Translations under genes and position numbers: made by a program
Shown here: piece by piece, positions 42,601 to 52,857 of the stretch
Layout of the letters: each line of letters starts with the position of its first letter
Position numbering within the stretch: position 1 is the first letter of the stretch
The notes under the pieces: generated by a model
What the model was told of the DNA's origin: nothing
Database searches by the model: none
What the model saw: the letters and a program-made list of their open reading frames with translations, nothing else
Assembly (NCBI GenBank): GCA_965240325.2
Contig: OZ251223.1
Location: 1,364,001-1,428,000, forward strand
Direction of reading: 5' to 3'
Length of the DNA stretch: 64,000 bases
Source: Rebecca billardiae RCC1528
Lineage: Eukaryota; Protista; Haptophyta

Positions 42601-43811
42601 CGGCGGCTGTCCGCGCGCCGAGCCTGCCAGCGCAGGCCGCGACCAGCCTGCCGGTCGCACGCGAGCCCGCGCCGTACGGGCGGCCGCCGCATTGCCCAAG
42701 CCGGGCTGACGCCATGGACGTCAGCGTGCGCTCCGCCATCGCTCCACCAGCGCCCGCAGTCGTCGTCGGCGGCGGCGGTGGCGCGCCCGGAGACCTCGAC
42801 CCAGCACTCGACGCGCTCTTCGAGCAGTTTGCGCACCACGGCGACGGAGCGGCCAAGGCCGACGCGAGCGCCCGCGGTCGCGTGTCTCAGGCGCGCGCCG
42901 ATCGCGTCCCGCCCGCCGGCACGGCTCCGTCACCAGGCTCGGCCGCCTTTGAGACGACGCCATCGCCGCCACTCGCCAAGAAGCCCCGCGCCTCTCGCGC
43001 GCTCTCCCCTCCGCGCGCGCAGCTCGGCCCGCGCCGGCTGGTCGGGCTGGCGCCCGAGGCGACATTCGAGGGGTCCGCCGACGATCTGCTCAAGCAGCTG
43101 CGCTCTGCCGTCAGCAGCGCGAGCGACACGGAAGCCCCCGGGGTGCTCCGTCCTCAGCCGACCGCCTCAGCCACCGCGTGGCTCCCTGAGTGCGCCATCG
43201 CGCCCGCTTCGCGCGGGCCGCCGCCGATGCTGTCTGCGCCTCATCCGCTCTCACGCGTGGTGTCGCCTTGGAACGAGGGGTTCGACGGGTCCCATGCCGC
43301 CCTGTCCCTCGCTGCGTCCAGCTTTCCGACGTTTGCGCCACCCGGCGGCGGCAGCTTCGCCGAGCTCGACGCCGACTGGCGCGCCAACGGGCGTGCTGAG
43401 CAGACCACCAGCGCGTGGGCTCCGGGCCGCTCGATCTCACACGGGGTGCTCGCGTCCTCGAACTTGGCTCGTGCGGTCGGCAGCACCACCGCGCTCGCGA
43501 CAGAGCGCCACCGGCGGCCTTGTGAGGACGTGCTCGAGCCATCAAGCCTCCACGCCCCAGCTGAGCAGCAGCAGCGCGCACGCGCGCCACGATTCGGCTG
43601 CGGCCGCCTCGACGACTCCATCGCCCGTGCGAGCTGCAATGCACCGACCCAGCTGCCATGGCCCAAACTCTGCGCGGGCAGCACCGCGCCATCGTCGGGT
43701 GCACTCGGCGATGGCTGCACTTCCAGCGGAGTCATTTCCAACGGCCAGCCCGCCACCGCCCCGGCACAGCTGCGTCCTCGCGGAGCTGCCACGCCCATCC
43801 ACCGCCTGTGA
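39645..43811 (+). CDS. MER3: MER3/HFM1 meiotic Ski2-like DExH DNA helicase with Sec63 domain
   Basis: VVSAPTASGKTGVFEL, EKWDSWSR, DEVHML...RGPTIEAVVARM, ALSATIPN, FGAEYRP, LGVNLPAHLVVI, QMAGRAGRPQFD, SQLH..LVEHLNAE. Single helicase cassette followed by a disordered tail. Confidence 0.88.
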   Translation: MQVTTAIADVLPPKYHEAFGHQTLNRLQSALAAETLESDQHLVVSAPTASGKTGVFELTLLRMLETEASGKALYLAPLKSLVSERASDWKTRYSALGVAVEELTSDTDPDDGTAELAYVTVERLQAARLIVATSEKWDSWSRLHRGTQSVIGHVALLGIDEVHMLGDTRGPTIEAVVARMRTIARAPEVAQLPLSRLRIVALSATIPNTDTLGRWLGDGTALRTFGAEYRPTPLSVTVHGYRCTVPARFDENMLLPALPGVLREHSGGRPALVFCASRKLTARVADDLAKARAYSPTDDAVAVASSGEVSARLAALLRAGVAYHEANMPASDRRAVEQLFARGGLRVLCATSGLALGVNLPAHLVVILGTSRYSGAGVGFVDLSAAEVLQMAGRAGRPQFDEEGKCVVMTSESSSARYENLLNGLLPVCSQLHTKLVEHLNAEATTASYMRDVSVALSFVKDTFLYQCALDPELRHRYGLARDMPAAEVDAQVERLCRTQLERLAMGGMIAHSPEGEVEARAAGRIMARHSVRFPSMVCLARADGADGAAAGDATSVAAGASVPALLRALAQCAELHDPLRRDEKTKLFELHQAVRFADVDAKGRPTKVGSVQLKTCLLLQARCGALHVDSAFSTAVSRVASESLRLLRAVAALGAERKDARTCVHAHLLARCVSRAAGWGDEPSKTLTQLAGIGQVLADRLVAAGVSGFGDILRARAPQLDAACFKRAPFGEELQRVVRRIPRAELTVSQTSHGDGAAAGSGGSGALEVRIGVSCIGDLELGAGAAREDTRFVLVVGTEDNTLLLQQSFKISRAGEQLSWRVDGGVLRRAPAPVTLRVRLMHDHYVGADIEATVRVGPGLCDFEESLREVTVPLHLAACPKPESKPPPSNPGGRAASGAGQRASAPAASNAKRITARVVPPPQTAADTMRAAVGGRAQAVPRASPAASAATGRAGSAPVACASAAAASATAAASAQPAAAGCAAPAAVRAPSLPAQAATSLPVAREPAPYGRPPHCPSRADAMDVSVRSAIAPPAPAVVVGGGGGAPGDLDPALDALFEQFAHHGDGAAKADASARGRVSQARADRVPPAGTAPSPGSAAFETTPSPPLAKKPRASRALSPPRAQLGPRRLVGLAPEATFEGSADDLLKQLRSAVSSASDTEAPGVLRPQPTASATAWLPECAIAPASRGPPPMLSAPHPLSRVVSPWNEGFDGSHAALSLAASSFPTFAPPGGGSFAELDADWRANGRAEQTTSAWAPGRSISHGVLASSNLARAVGSTTALATERHRRPCEDVLEPSSLHAPAEQQQRARAPRFGCGRLDDSIARASCNAPTQLPWPKLCAGSTAPSSGALGDGCTSSGVISNGQPATAPAQLRPRGAATPIHRL

Positions 43812-44232
43812 GGCGAGAGTGCTGCTCTCATCTCGGCCGAAGGCGCCGACGCCTCTCCTCTCACAGTGCATTGTGCTCTCGTTCCAACTCTCTGCCAACG
43901 ACGGGATGCCGAAGGACGTCCGCTGTCGCTCGGTTTGCTTGTCTCTCTTGCCTGGCCATCCGGCCTGCATCACGGTCCGATCTTCCGCGAGGTTGCCGGC
44001 CGCCATCGTCGTAGTTGATGATGCAATCAAAGGAATAAAGACCCTTTATTCCTTTGATGCAATTGCCAATTTCTGCGCGTCGGCCGTCGGATCGACTTTA
44101 ATATTCGCTGCTCAGCATGGCCGCGCCCGAAAAAAATTGCGGCCACGCGGCGGGAAGGTGCGACAGCACACGCTTCCCGGAGCGCGAGAAGGCGAGTAAT
44201 TGCGTCCGCGGCTGGCATCAACTCCGCCTACG

Positions 44233-45384
44233 ATGGCATCGCCCAGAGTGACAACGCCTGTCCACGCTATCGTGCTGCTTAGCTGTGTCTGCTGGGCTGA
44301 GCCTGACGTCCTCATCTTTGGCTCGCACCACAAGACTGGCACGGCCTTGATGCGACAAATGATTCATCAGATGAGGCCGGGCGCCCTCGGCCGGCTGATC
44401 AACGTAACCTGGAAGGTCATCCCAGCCACGAAGTCCAAGCAAAAGGATTTGCCGCCGACGATAAATGCAACCCGTCGCTCGCGCCTGAAGGACGACCCAT
44501 ATGCGCCCGATGTGACTGTCTTCTCAAAGTCCGGCCTCACGCCCTTCCAGACGCCGACGCCATCGGAAGTGCGCCCGTGCGTGGTGCACATGACGCGAGA
44601 CCCGATCGAGCAGGTCGTCTCCGCGTACTTATACCACCAGCGGCTCGGTGCGGCGAACCTGGCACGGGCTGCCAGCGCGGGCGTCGCGGTCGAAGACTAC
44701 AAGCGGACCACAGGCAAAGGTCTAATGGAGGGCTGGATGCACAAGACGGCGTGGCGGGCCCCATGTGCCGCCTGGCCACTGGGCACTGCGGATGCAGCAG
44801 CGGGCGCCGTGAGTGGCGACGCGAGTGCACAGCGGGTCCACATCTCGCTCTTTGAGATGAACGAGCGCGCGATTCGATTCGGAGGCCACGAGGCGGGCGT
44901 CCTGTGCGAGCTCGAGAGGTGGCCCATGTATGACTCAGTGCGCGAGATGGCGGCGACGGCTCTGTCGTTGCGCGCGTACGAGCGCGCTGTCGATGTCGAC
45001 ATCGGCGAGTGGCCGGTGGACGCGGGCGCCATCGCGGCACGGGTCGCGCGCGTCTGCGCCGCGCCGGGGAGCCAGCTGGTGGAGTTCTTCAACGCTACCG
45101 TCCAGCAAGCCACGGACAACGGGCTCTTCAACGCAACGAGCGGACTCCATGTGAACTCGCAGCACTTGCTTTCGTCGCGGCTGGCCAGGTTCCTGCGCGC
45201 GGGCGATCTGTCGGTGGTGGCGCAGCGGCTGCCGGCGGAGAACGCGCGCGCGCTCGAGCAGGTCTACGTGGACTTCATGCAGATCGCGAAGTGCTTCTAC
45301 GAGGTGCGCACGCCTCTCAACTTGCGGCAGCAACATGCGCACACGCCAGCGAGCCTGCAACCGCCACAGTATTGTAACTTGTAG
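44233..45384 (+). CDS. Secreted/Golgi sulfotransferase-fold protein, paralog B
   Basis: GSHHKTGT and RDPIEQVVSAYLYH. Colinear with and highly similar to 14920..16074. Confidence 0.75.
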   Translation: MASPRVTTPVHAIVLLSCVCWAEPDVLIFGSHHKTGTALMRQMIHQMRPGALGRLINVTWKVIPATKSKQKDLPPTINATRRSRLKDDPYAPDVTVFSKSGLTPFQTPTPSEVRPCVVHMTRDPIEQVVSAYLYHQRLGAANLARAASAGVAVEDYKRTTGKGLMEGWMHKTAWRAPCAAWPLGTADAAAGAVSGDASAQRVHISLFEMNERAIRFGGHEAGVLCELERWPMYDSVREMAATALSLRAYERAVDVDIGEWPVDAGAIAARVARVCAAPGSQLVEFFNATVQQATDNGLFNATSGLHVNSQHLLSSRLARFLRAGDLSVVAQRLPAENARALEQVYVDFMQIAKCFYEVRTPLNLRQQHAHTPASLQPPQYCNL

Positions 45385-45560
45385 TGACTCGGGCCGCTCC
45401 CGCCGGCTCTTAGATCCGTTCGACCAATGATGGTTCGACGACGAGTACTGTAGCATACTAGATTTACGTAGTAGTTATTTAGTATGCGAAGTTGGTTTCA
45501 TCCGTTACTACATGAAGCAGGACTAACCGATGCCGACAGTCCGACACAGTGTACAGCAGC

Positions 45561-46667
45561 ATGGCTGCCCGACCAGCTGTTGCGCCGGGCCGCAGCATCG
45601 CCGCCGTACCTGCGGTCGCGCCCGGCCGCAAGCCTGGCAAGCCCAAGACGCCGGCGGGTGTCCGGGACGCGACATGGGCGGCCTCAGAGGAAGAGATTCA
45701 GCGCGCGCGTCGCATGGCCTCGAATGCCCGCTTCGAGCGGCTGCACAAAATGCAGCGAAACAAGCGGAGCGTGCTCTTCAACGAGCTGCTCTCGTACACT
45801 GGGCCTATGATCGACGCTGTGCTGAAGGGCGAAGAGGTACAGCTCCTCAGCGAGCTCGCAGTGCTGCCCTGGGACCCGTTGCGTGACGACCCTGGACGCG
45901 AAAAGCGGCCGCCACCGAGCTACCTGCGGCCAGACAGGCCGGCAGTCGACCGGCCCGCCGAGGGGGACGCATTTTGGGCCGCCATCGAGGCGGGCCTCGC
46001 TCTGAACGACGGCGACGTGGAGGACGAGGAGGAGATTGACGAGCTCGTGCTCGACCCGGCCCGCACGTACGACGTGGCTCCCGACGTCGTCGAGGACAAC
46101 ATGATCCTGACGCACAACTACGTGCACGTGTATCTGAATCATGCGCGCGGCGTATCGCAGGCAAAGCTGCTGACAGTGTTTGCGGCGTCGGAGCGGCTGA
46201 GCGTGCTTGACCTCTCGGGGTGTGCACAGGCCTCGGACGAGGTGATGCGAACGATAGGGAGCACGAGCGCGAGCCTCGAGAGGGCCAGTCTGCGTGGCCT
46301 GCCGCTCGTGAGCGACGAGGGCATCCAGGCCCTCTGCGCCGGATGCGCCCAGCTCGAGGAGCTCGCGCTCGACGGCTGCACGCGGCTCACCGACGAAGCC
46401 GTGCTGAGTGTGCTCTCGGCATGCCGCAGTCTGCAGATGCTGTCAGCGCGCGACGTCGCTGGGCTGACTGACCGAGCACTCGAACACGTCGCGGAGCGGC
46501 GGGGTGCGCTGAGGCAGCTGGACGTTCGCGCGTGCCCGCGCCTCACTCCCGGCGGGGTGCAGCAGCTGCACGAGTCGTGCCTCTCGCTGCAGATCGAGAG
46601 TTCCGTCGCACCTGACGAGGTGTGGCCCGCGTTTGCAGGGCCGCAGGCTTGGTACGTCACTATGTGA
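45561..46667 (+). CDS. Leucine-rich repeat protein (cysteine-containing/FBXL-AMN1-type LRRs)
   Basis: LSVLDLSGC..SDE, LEELALDGCTRLTDEAV, LRQLDVRACPRLT. Confidence 0.85.
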   Translation: MAARPAVAPGRSIAAVPAVAPGRKPGKPKTPAGVRDATWAASEEEIQRARRMASNARFERLHKMQRNKRSVLFNELLSYTGPMIDAVLKGEEVQLLSELAVLPWDPLRDDPGREKRPPPSYLRPDRPAVDRPAEGDAFWAAIEAGLALNDGDVEDEEEIDELVLDPARTYDVAPDVVEDNMILTHNYVHVYLNHARGVSQAKLLTVFAASERLSVLDLSGCAQASDEVMRTIGSTSASLERASLRGLPLVSDEGIQALCAGCAQLEELALDGCTRLTDEAVLSVLSACRSLQMLSARDVAGLTDRALEHVAERRGALRQLDVRACPRLTPGGVQQLHESCLSLQIESSVAPDEVWPAFAGPQAWYVTM

Positions 46668-47204
46668 TGCGCCTTGGACACCATCACCGGCAGTCATCAC
46701 TGGCAATCCGGTCGCGGGCGCGCGCATTAATATAGCGCCGTATTGATAAATTTAATTAATTACATCGCGGCAATCTTTCCGCCGCCGCGTATTTATATAG
46801 CTGCCGTAAATATTATATTGAGGATGATGACGCGAATTTAAGTTTTAGACTACGTCTTATAGTTATTCAGTTATTGAACAAACGAACTTCGAAGGCCCGT
46901 TCCGAAGGGCTAAATAAGCAGCCGATGATATGCCGAATATGCCGAGCCCGACTGCCGATGGCATCGCGGCCGTCGCGGCCGGTGTCTGGTGACGGGTGAG
47001 CCTGAGGGCTGAGGCCTGAGCCTGAGTGAGGCGCCGTCGTGGACGTGGTCTGTCGTGGAGATCGAACGCGTCATCGCGGCGTTGGCGTGACGACTGACGG
47101 CGTAAGCCGACGCCGACCGGACAGTTTTATTTTAAAATCTGAAACAGTAGTAGAGTAGTAGTAACTAGTAAGTAGACCGATCGATCGGGCTCAGACAGAG
47201 TAGC

Positions 47205-47228
47205 TATATATATATATATATATATATA
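47205..47228. repeat. (TA)n microsatellite
   Basis: Short pure TA run. Confidence 0.9.
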
Positions 47229-47471
47229 CGTTTCAATTAACATTGATCCAGCAATAAACACGTCTCCGCTATGTGGGCCTACGGCCATGCGCACAGCCTA
47301 GTCGTAAATACTGGCGCCATTGCCATTATTCGGTCCCATTCCAGGCATTGGCCTTGGGCCGCATTGGAAATGCAGATAGTTACGCAAGAGGCGGGAGCAG
47401 GGGAGTGCTTAGAGTGAGCGGAGGCGGGTCCCACGTCGGCATACCGCCCTCAGGCCGCAGTGCCGAGGCTG

Positions 47472-49342
47472 TCACGAGAGCGAGTGCCCCTCCTCGACGT
47501 GAAGAACGCGCTTGGGCAGCCGGCCGGTCAGCCGGTTGATTGCGATGATCCACGCGAACGTGGCCGCGGCGTACATGAGACCAACGACGCCCGCGCCGCG
47601 GAGGATCTCGCCGCCGCACGAGATGATGACGAGTTGCTGCAGCAGCGCGGCACCGGACTTGCCGAAGCGGCCGCCCAGCACGTCGATCGCCGCTTGCGCA
47701 CGGCCGCGGATCTCGTCCGGCACAGGCAGGTAGGCCATGTTCTTAGTCCTGCGAGCAGCCAGCAGCACAGCAGCGCGCGGCACGGGCAGCGCGCGCGCGC
47801 GCGGCGGAGCCGCGGCAGGGTCGGGGTGAGCGGGTGCGGCGGGCCAGCGCACCGACCGCTCGCCACGCAAGGCGCGGGCCGCGTCGCGCGCGCGCACGGG
47901 TCGACAAGCGTGAACTTGAGCGCCTTGCTCGCGAGGTTGTGCACGGTGCCGGCGATGACGGCGACGCGCGCGCAGCTGCCCGCGACGGCGTCGGTTGAGA
48001 GCGCGATCCCAAAGAGCGGAAGCGCGAGCGCGGCCATCACGATGGGCGGCGTGAGCGCGCCTACCCGCCAGCCGCCCACGCGCAGCAGCGTCGGCGCGCA
48101 CATCGACGAGAGCCACACCGACAGCCCGAGGAACGTCGAGAACCAGCCGAGGAACTTCTGGTAGCTTCCGCGCGTCGGGTAGCAGTTGCTCAGCAGCGTC
48201 TTCCACGTCACCTCGGTGAAGTTCATGCACAGGCCGTAGCACACGACGATGAGCGCGACGCAGACGAGGTACGAGTCGGAGCCGACGATGCGGAGCGAGC
48301 GCACCAGCCCCGGCTTCGCGCCCTTGCGCTTCTTCACCGCGCCGATCACGACGGTGTCGTCGGCGTGCAGCCGCTCGTACCGAGCGAGCGCGCGCGACGT
48401 GTGCAGCGCAGAGCGGTGCAGCGCGATCATCATCGCGCCCGAGAGGGTGACGAGGAGGGTGACCACCTTGAGCGCCACCTCGAACCTGCCGCGCGACAGC
48501 CGGTCCGAGAGCACGAGCGCCTGCCCCGCCAGCGTCGGCGCGATCCACGTGTACCGCGAGAGCAGCGGGTAGAACTCGCCCGCCTGCCGCAGCGTCACGA
48601 CCTGGTTGCAGAACTGCCAGAAGAGGATCGAGACGCCGACGTTGCCGTACAGCTCGCAGAAGATGTAGTAGAGGGCGAAGGTCCAGTGCCGCGCGAGCTC
48701 GCGCAGGCTGAGCAGCCCGTCCGCGCTGCCCAGGCTGCCGAATAATGAGGGCAGCACCGGCAGCTCCTCCGCGTGCAGCACGTGCCGCAGCGGGTACAGA
48801 ATCAGCCCAAACACGAGGAAGAAGAGAAGGAACGGCAGCACCGTGGCGATGTACGCGTCGGTGCGCGGCCGCCCGTCGTCCGCCGTGCGCGGCAGTCGCG
48901 TGTGCATCGACAGGAACAGCATCGACGTCGGGAGGACGCCGTACACCTTGACGAACGTGATCGCCTCCGCGCCGCACGCGTCGACGATGATGGTGTCCTT
49001 TGTGCTCTGCAGCAGCTGGTAGGAGAAGAGGGCGAAGAAGAGCATCCCCGCGAGGGAGACGAAGAGGCGCCGGTCCAACGCCTTCACCACCTCCGCGCGC
49101 GGGCCCGTTGGCACCTGCTGCTCGCCCTTGGCCGCCGGCCGCGCCGCTCGCCGGTCTGGCCGCAGGGCGCGCGGCACGTCTGCTACGGTCGTCGCGCCGC
49201 CACGAGCACGCAGCAGCGCCGCGTCGAGCCGCGGGCGCGGGCGGTGCTCGCCTATACTCACGGTGATCGTGACCAGCAACGCCGTGAGGAGTAAACGCAT
49301 CCTCGAGAACCGGCCCCGAGGGGAATTGACAGGGGTCGTCAT
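47472..49342 (-). CDS. NTT/TLC-family nucleotide transporter, probably plastid-targeted, 2 exons (intron 47749-47897)
   Basis: TKDTIIV..GAEAITFVKVYGVLP, ELYGNV..SILFWQFCNQ, NFTEVTWK, SKALKFTLVDP|TKNMAYLP..AAIDV.G.RFGKSG. Signal-peptide-like MRLLLTALLVTITVS (alternative ATG at 49300). Confidence 0.92.
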
Positions 49343-49565
49343 TGCGCGCGGCGATTGCGATCCCGTGGACGCCGCCACGCACGCGCTGCGCTCGCCACCT
49401 CGCTTTGAACGCGACGAGTTTCGCCTTTCACGGTCTTTGACCAAACGACGAAGCTGAAAGCGCAGCCGGCTGGTCAGGGGCTCCCGAGCTGCTCATTCAT
49501 TGGCTGTCCTGACCACGATGGCGTCGCTCATCCGGCTGCTCTGCAGCTAAAATGGCGGGGCAGGG

Positions 49566-51160
49566 ATGGCGGCAGTGCTGCTCTTGCTCGTCGTCGGGCA
49601 CGCGCCCACGCCCTCGCGTTTGGACGACACCGCAGTCACGCGCGGACAGCTGCAAGACGCTTTCGCACGCTCGCTGCGCGCCGTGGATGCAGAGCTGGCT
49701 GCGGTGGACACGGCGTGCACGATGCGCATCGAGCGCGCTCATGCCGCACCGAGGCTATGCCTCAGTACGTCAGGTGTGCGCAGCCGTTGCTTCCGCCCTG
49801 CGCGGGGCAAGAATGCGACGAACGCGACGGATGTTGACGACTTGTGGCGAGAGATGGGCAGCAGAGCGCGCGTGTGCACGCTCCGTGGCAGCGCGGGCGG
49901 GCACGGGGGAGCAGCCGCCCTCGGCACGACGGCGCGCATGCCCGTGGTCACCTTCGCCGACTCGCTCCCGTTCTTGGCCACCATGTGGGGCGCCTTCCTC
50001 AACAAGGCGTCCTTCTGCGAGCGCACGAACCGCACCCTCGTCCTGTGGCTTGGCTCGCTCTCGCGCACGACGCTGGACCGGCGCAACGAGCTGGCCGACG
50101 AGCTCCCCTGGTGCTTCCGGTGCGAGGAGGCGACGGCACGAAACACGGTGCACCTGTACAAGGCGCTCGCGCTGCTGCTGGCTCTTCGCCTCGAGCCGCG
50201 CGCGCGCGCGGCCTTCTACATGGATGCGGACACATGTGCGTGCGCCGTGCGCCGAGCTGGGGCAGCCGATGCGCACGCGCGGCGTGGCGTGCGCCTCACC
50301 CCTCGCGCGCCCGCGCTCGGCCGTCGCCCTCCTCCCGTGCGCACCGTACCGTAGGGTTCTCCTCGGGCGCAGAGGGCGAAGGGGCCGCCACGCCGGAGGC
50401 ATACCTTCGGCTCGCGCCCCGGGCGCACCTCGTCGGCGCGCCGAACGCCTACTTCCAGAGCCGGATCCTGATGAACGCCGGGCTGCTGATCGTGCGCAAC
50501 ACCGAGTGGGCGCGCGGCTTCCTGGCGGCGTGGTGGATGCTCCGGTGCGGCACTCACGACCAGGGCTCGTTCTGGGGCCTGCTCTTCATGTGCCTCAGCG
50601 CGGAGAGTGCCGGCGCGTTCCGCTTCGAGCGCGCGCGCTTCTCGCGCTACTCGGAGGCCAAGGCGTACGCGCTGCCCCACCTGCTAGCCCATCTGCACAC
50701 GCTGCGCGTCGGCGCGTCTCGCTGGGACGGCGCGGCCGCTCTGGCAAACAGCACGCTCGTGACGACGCCGCTCGAGCTGCCACGCGTCCTCGTGCTGCCC
50801 GTGGCGCCGATCGACCCGCGCGGCGGTGGTCTTCGGGCCGCCGGCGCGCAGCCCGGGGCGCGGGACACGGCGCTGCTGCCGGCATTCCGATCGGACGTCG
50901 ACCCGCTGAGGCACACATTCGTCTGCCACACCAAGCCGGACAAGTCCGAGGCATCGCAATGCGTCGGCAAGCGAGCGTGCGCTGGCTGTCGGTGCCAGGG
51001 CGCCAACTGCCACAGGAGCGAGCCCGCGCAGAAGGCGCCAGCCAGCCTCACGCGAGACCCCGGCGAGAGCCGTATGACTATGAGCTGGGCGCGCCTCACA
51101 GCAGCTTGGCATCGGATGGGTTTGCCGCAGCTGTCGATCAAGACGCCAGATGCGGCGTGA
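49566..51160 (+). CDS. Glycosyltransferase family 34 (GMA12/MNN10-like), 2 exons (intron 50236-50354)
   Basis: Splicing restores YMDADTWFS (DxD motif). MNAGLLIVRNTEWARGFLAAWW..DQGSFW. N-terminal signal. Confidence 0.85.
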
Positions 51161-52857
51161 GATGGGTGCAATGACTGAGATGGTCTCCCGGCGGTCACTG
51201 GTCAGGCCGTGGTGGTGCCCAACTCCGTGACCGCCGGCGCCGGGCCTCTGACGCTGCCGCCCGGGGACCGCCGCGTTTCTGAAAGGCTTGGCTTGCGAGC
51301 CGGCGAGATCGACACGCGGAGGACAAAAGAAAATCATATTCCTGCTTCGTCGCACCAATAGACTAAACGAAGATCGGACGGAGATCGTGGTCTTCAGATG
51401 CAAGACCTGGAAGCCCCCCTTGGGAGTTTTCAGTTGGGGCTCTCAACGCGGCCCGGCGAGGCGGACTTCTTAGGATTCTGAGGATCCTAGAGCACGGGCG
51501 GCCGGCGGGCGAGCACACGACGCCGCCCTGCGGCGGGGAGCCGTCCGCGCCGTGCACGCTCACTGGCACCCACGTCTCCTCCGCCGCGCTGCTCGCCTCC
51601 CGTCCACGTCGTCTGACCGACGCCCGTCGGCACGTGACGTTCACGTTGCCCACGTCGCGCTCTCAGTGGGAGCGCGACGAGCACGCCGCTGCCCGCACCC
51701 TTCGATGCTTTCCTCTTCGCATCGGGCGCGCTCGTGCTGTGGAGCCTGCGCGTGCAGGAGGAGGAGCTCTTTCTCAATCAACGTCGTGCGCGCCCGCCTT
51801 CATTCACGCTGCGCCGCGCGGAGGGGGAGAGCGCGCGCGGCTGGGCGCCCGCTCGGCCGGCTGCTGGGCTCGCGCAAGTCGGAAGTTCCGGCGCTCGACC
51901 TGACGCTCCCCAGCGAGGAGGCCGAACAGATGGATGTCCCAGCTGCGGCTCACTGTGAGAGCAGCTTGTGGGAGCGGGCTCCTGCACGGCACGGTTTGTA
52001 AACAAGGTTGTCGACGCCCAGGGTGGGCTGGCTGCGGTGAAGCTCAGGGCGTCCACCGACACCAGCGCAGCCAGGCGTGAGGCCCGCCTTCTCAGGAAGC
52101 ACAGGTACGCGTCCAAGGCGTTGCCTGGATGCAGCATGCAGCTCACGAGTGCGGCCTCGTCGCCCGCCGCACGGTGCGCCGTTCTACGCGGCCATGAACT
52201 CGTACGGAGGCACTCGCGGCGTACGCGGGTACGGTGGGGAGGGCAAGCACAGACTATGGAATTGTCATGTCTTATCACTCTGGCATCGAATCCAAGGTCA
52301 GCCCGGGCAGCACGCTCGCGGCAGTGCACGCCGCTGGGTTCACCAAATCGGCCGAGGCCCGTGCAGACTCGTGACGATGCCGAGTTGGCGAGTTATTGCA
52401 GCGCCGGTGCGCACGGCGCCCCGCGTCAAAGGGAATTGAGTCAAAGGCCCGACGACTCTTGGGAGCTTGGCACTAGACGGACGACAGCGCGGTGGGCGTC
52501 GTCGTCACTCTGCTGCCCGCCAGTCACTCAATATACAGATGACGATCATCATCAGAGCATGCAGTCACCGCGTGTCGAACTATCGCGATTGGCGAGTGCC
52601 GCCGCCGGACCAGACTCATGTCCCATCACGGGATTACGGTGCCGCATCACGTCTCGGACGGATACTCGGATCTAGCAGTAGCAATAGCGCCAGCAATTCA
52701 TCTACGACTTCTAGCGCCGGTCCGACCGGCGGCGGAGACGTTCCGCCGGCGGCGACAGAAGTGGTGACGCCGCCCGCACTGATGGCGCAGCGCCCGGATC
52801 TGACACTGACTTCTGAGTCGGACTCGGATCGGGATGAGGAATTCAGGAAGTACTGTA

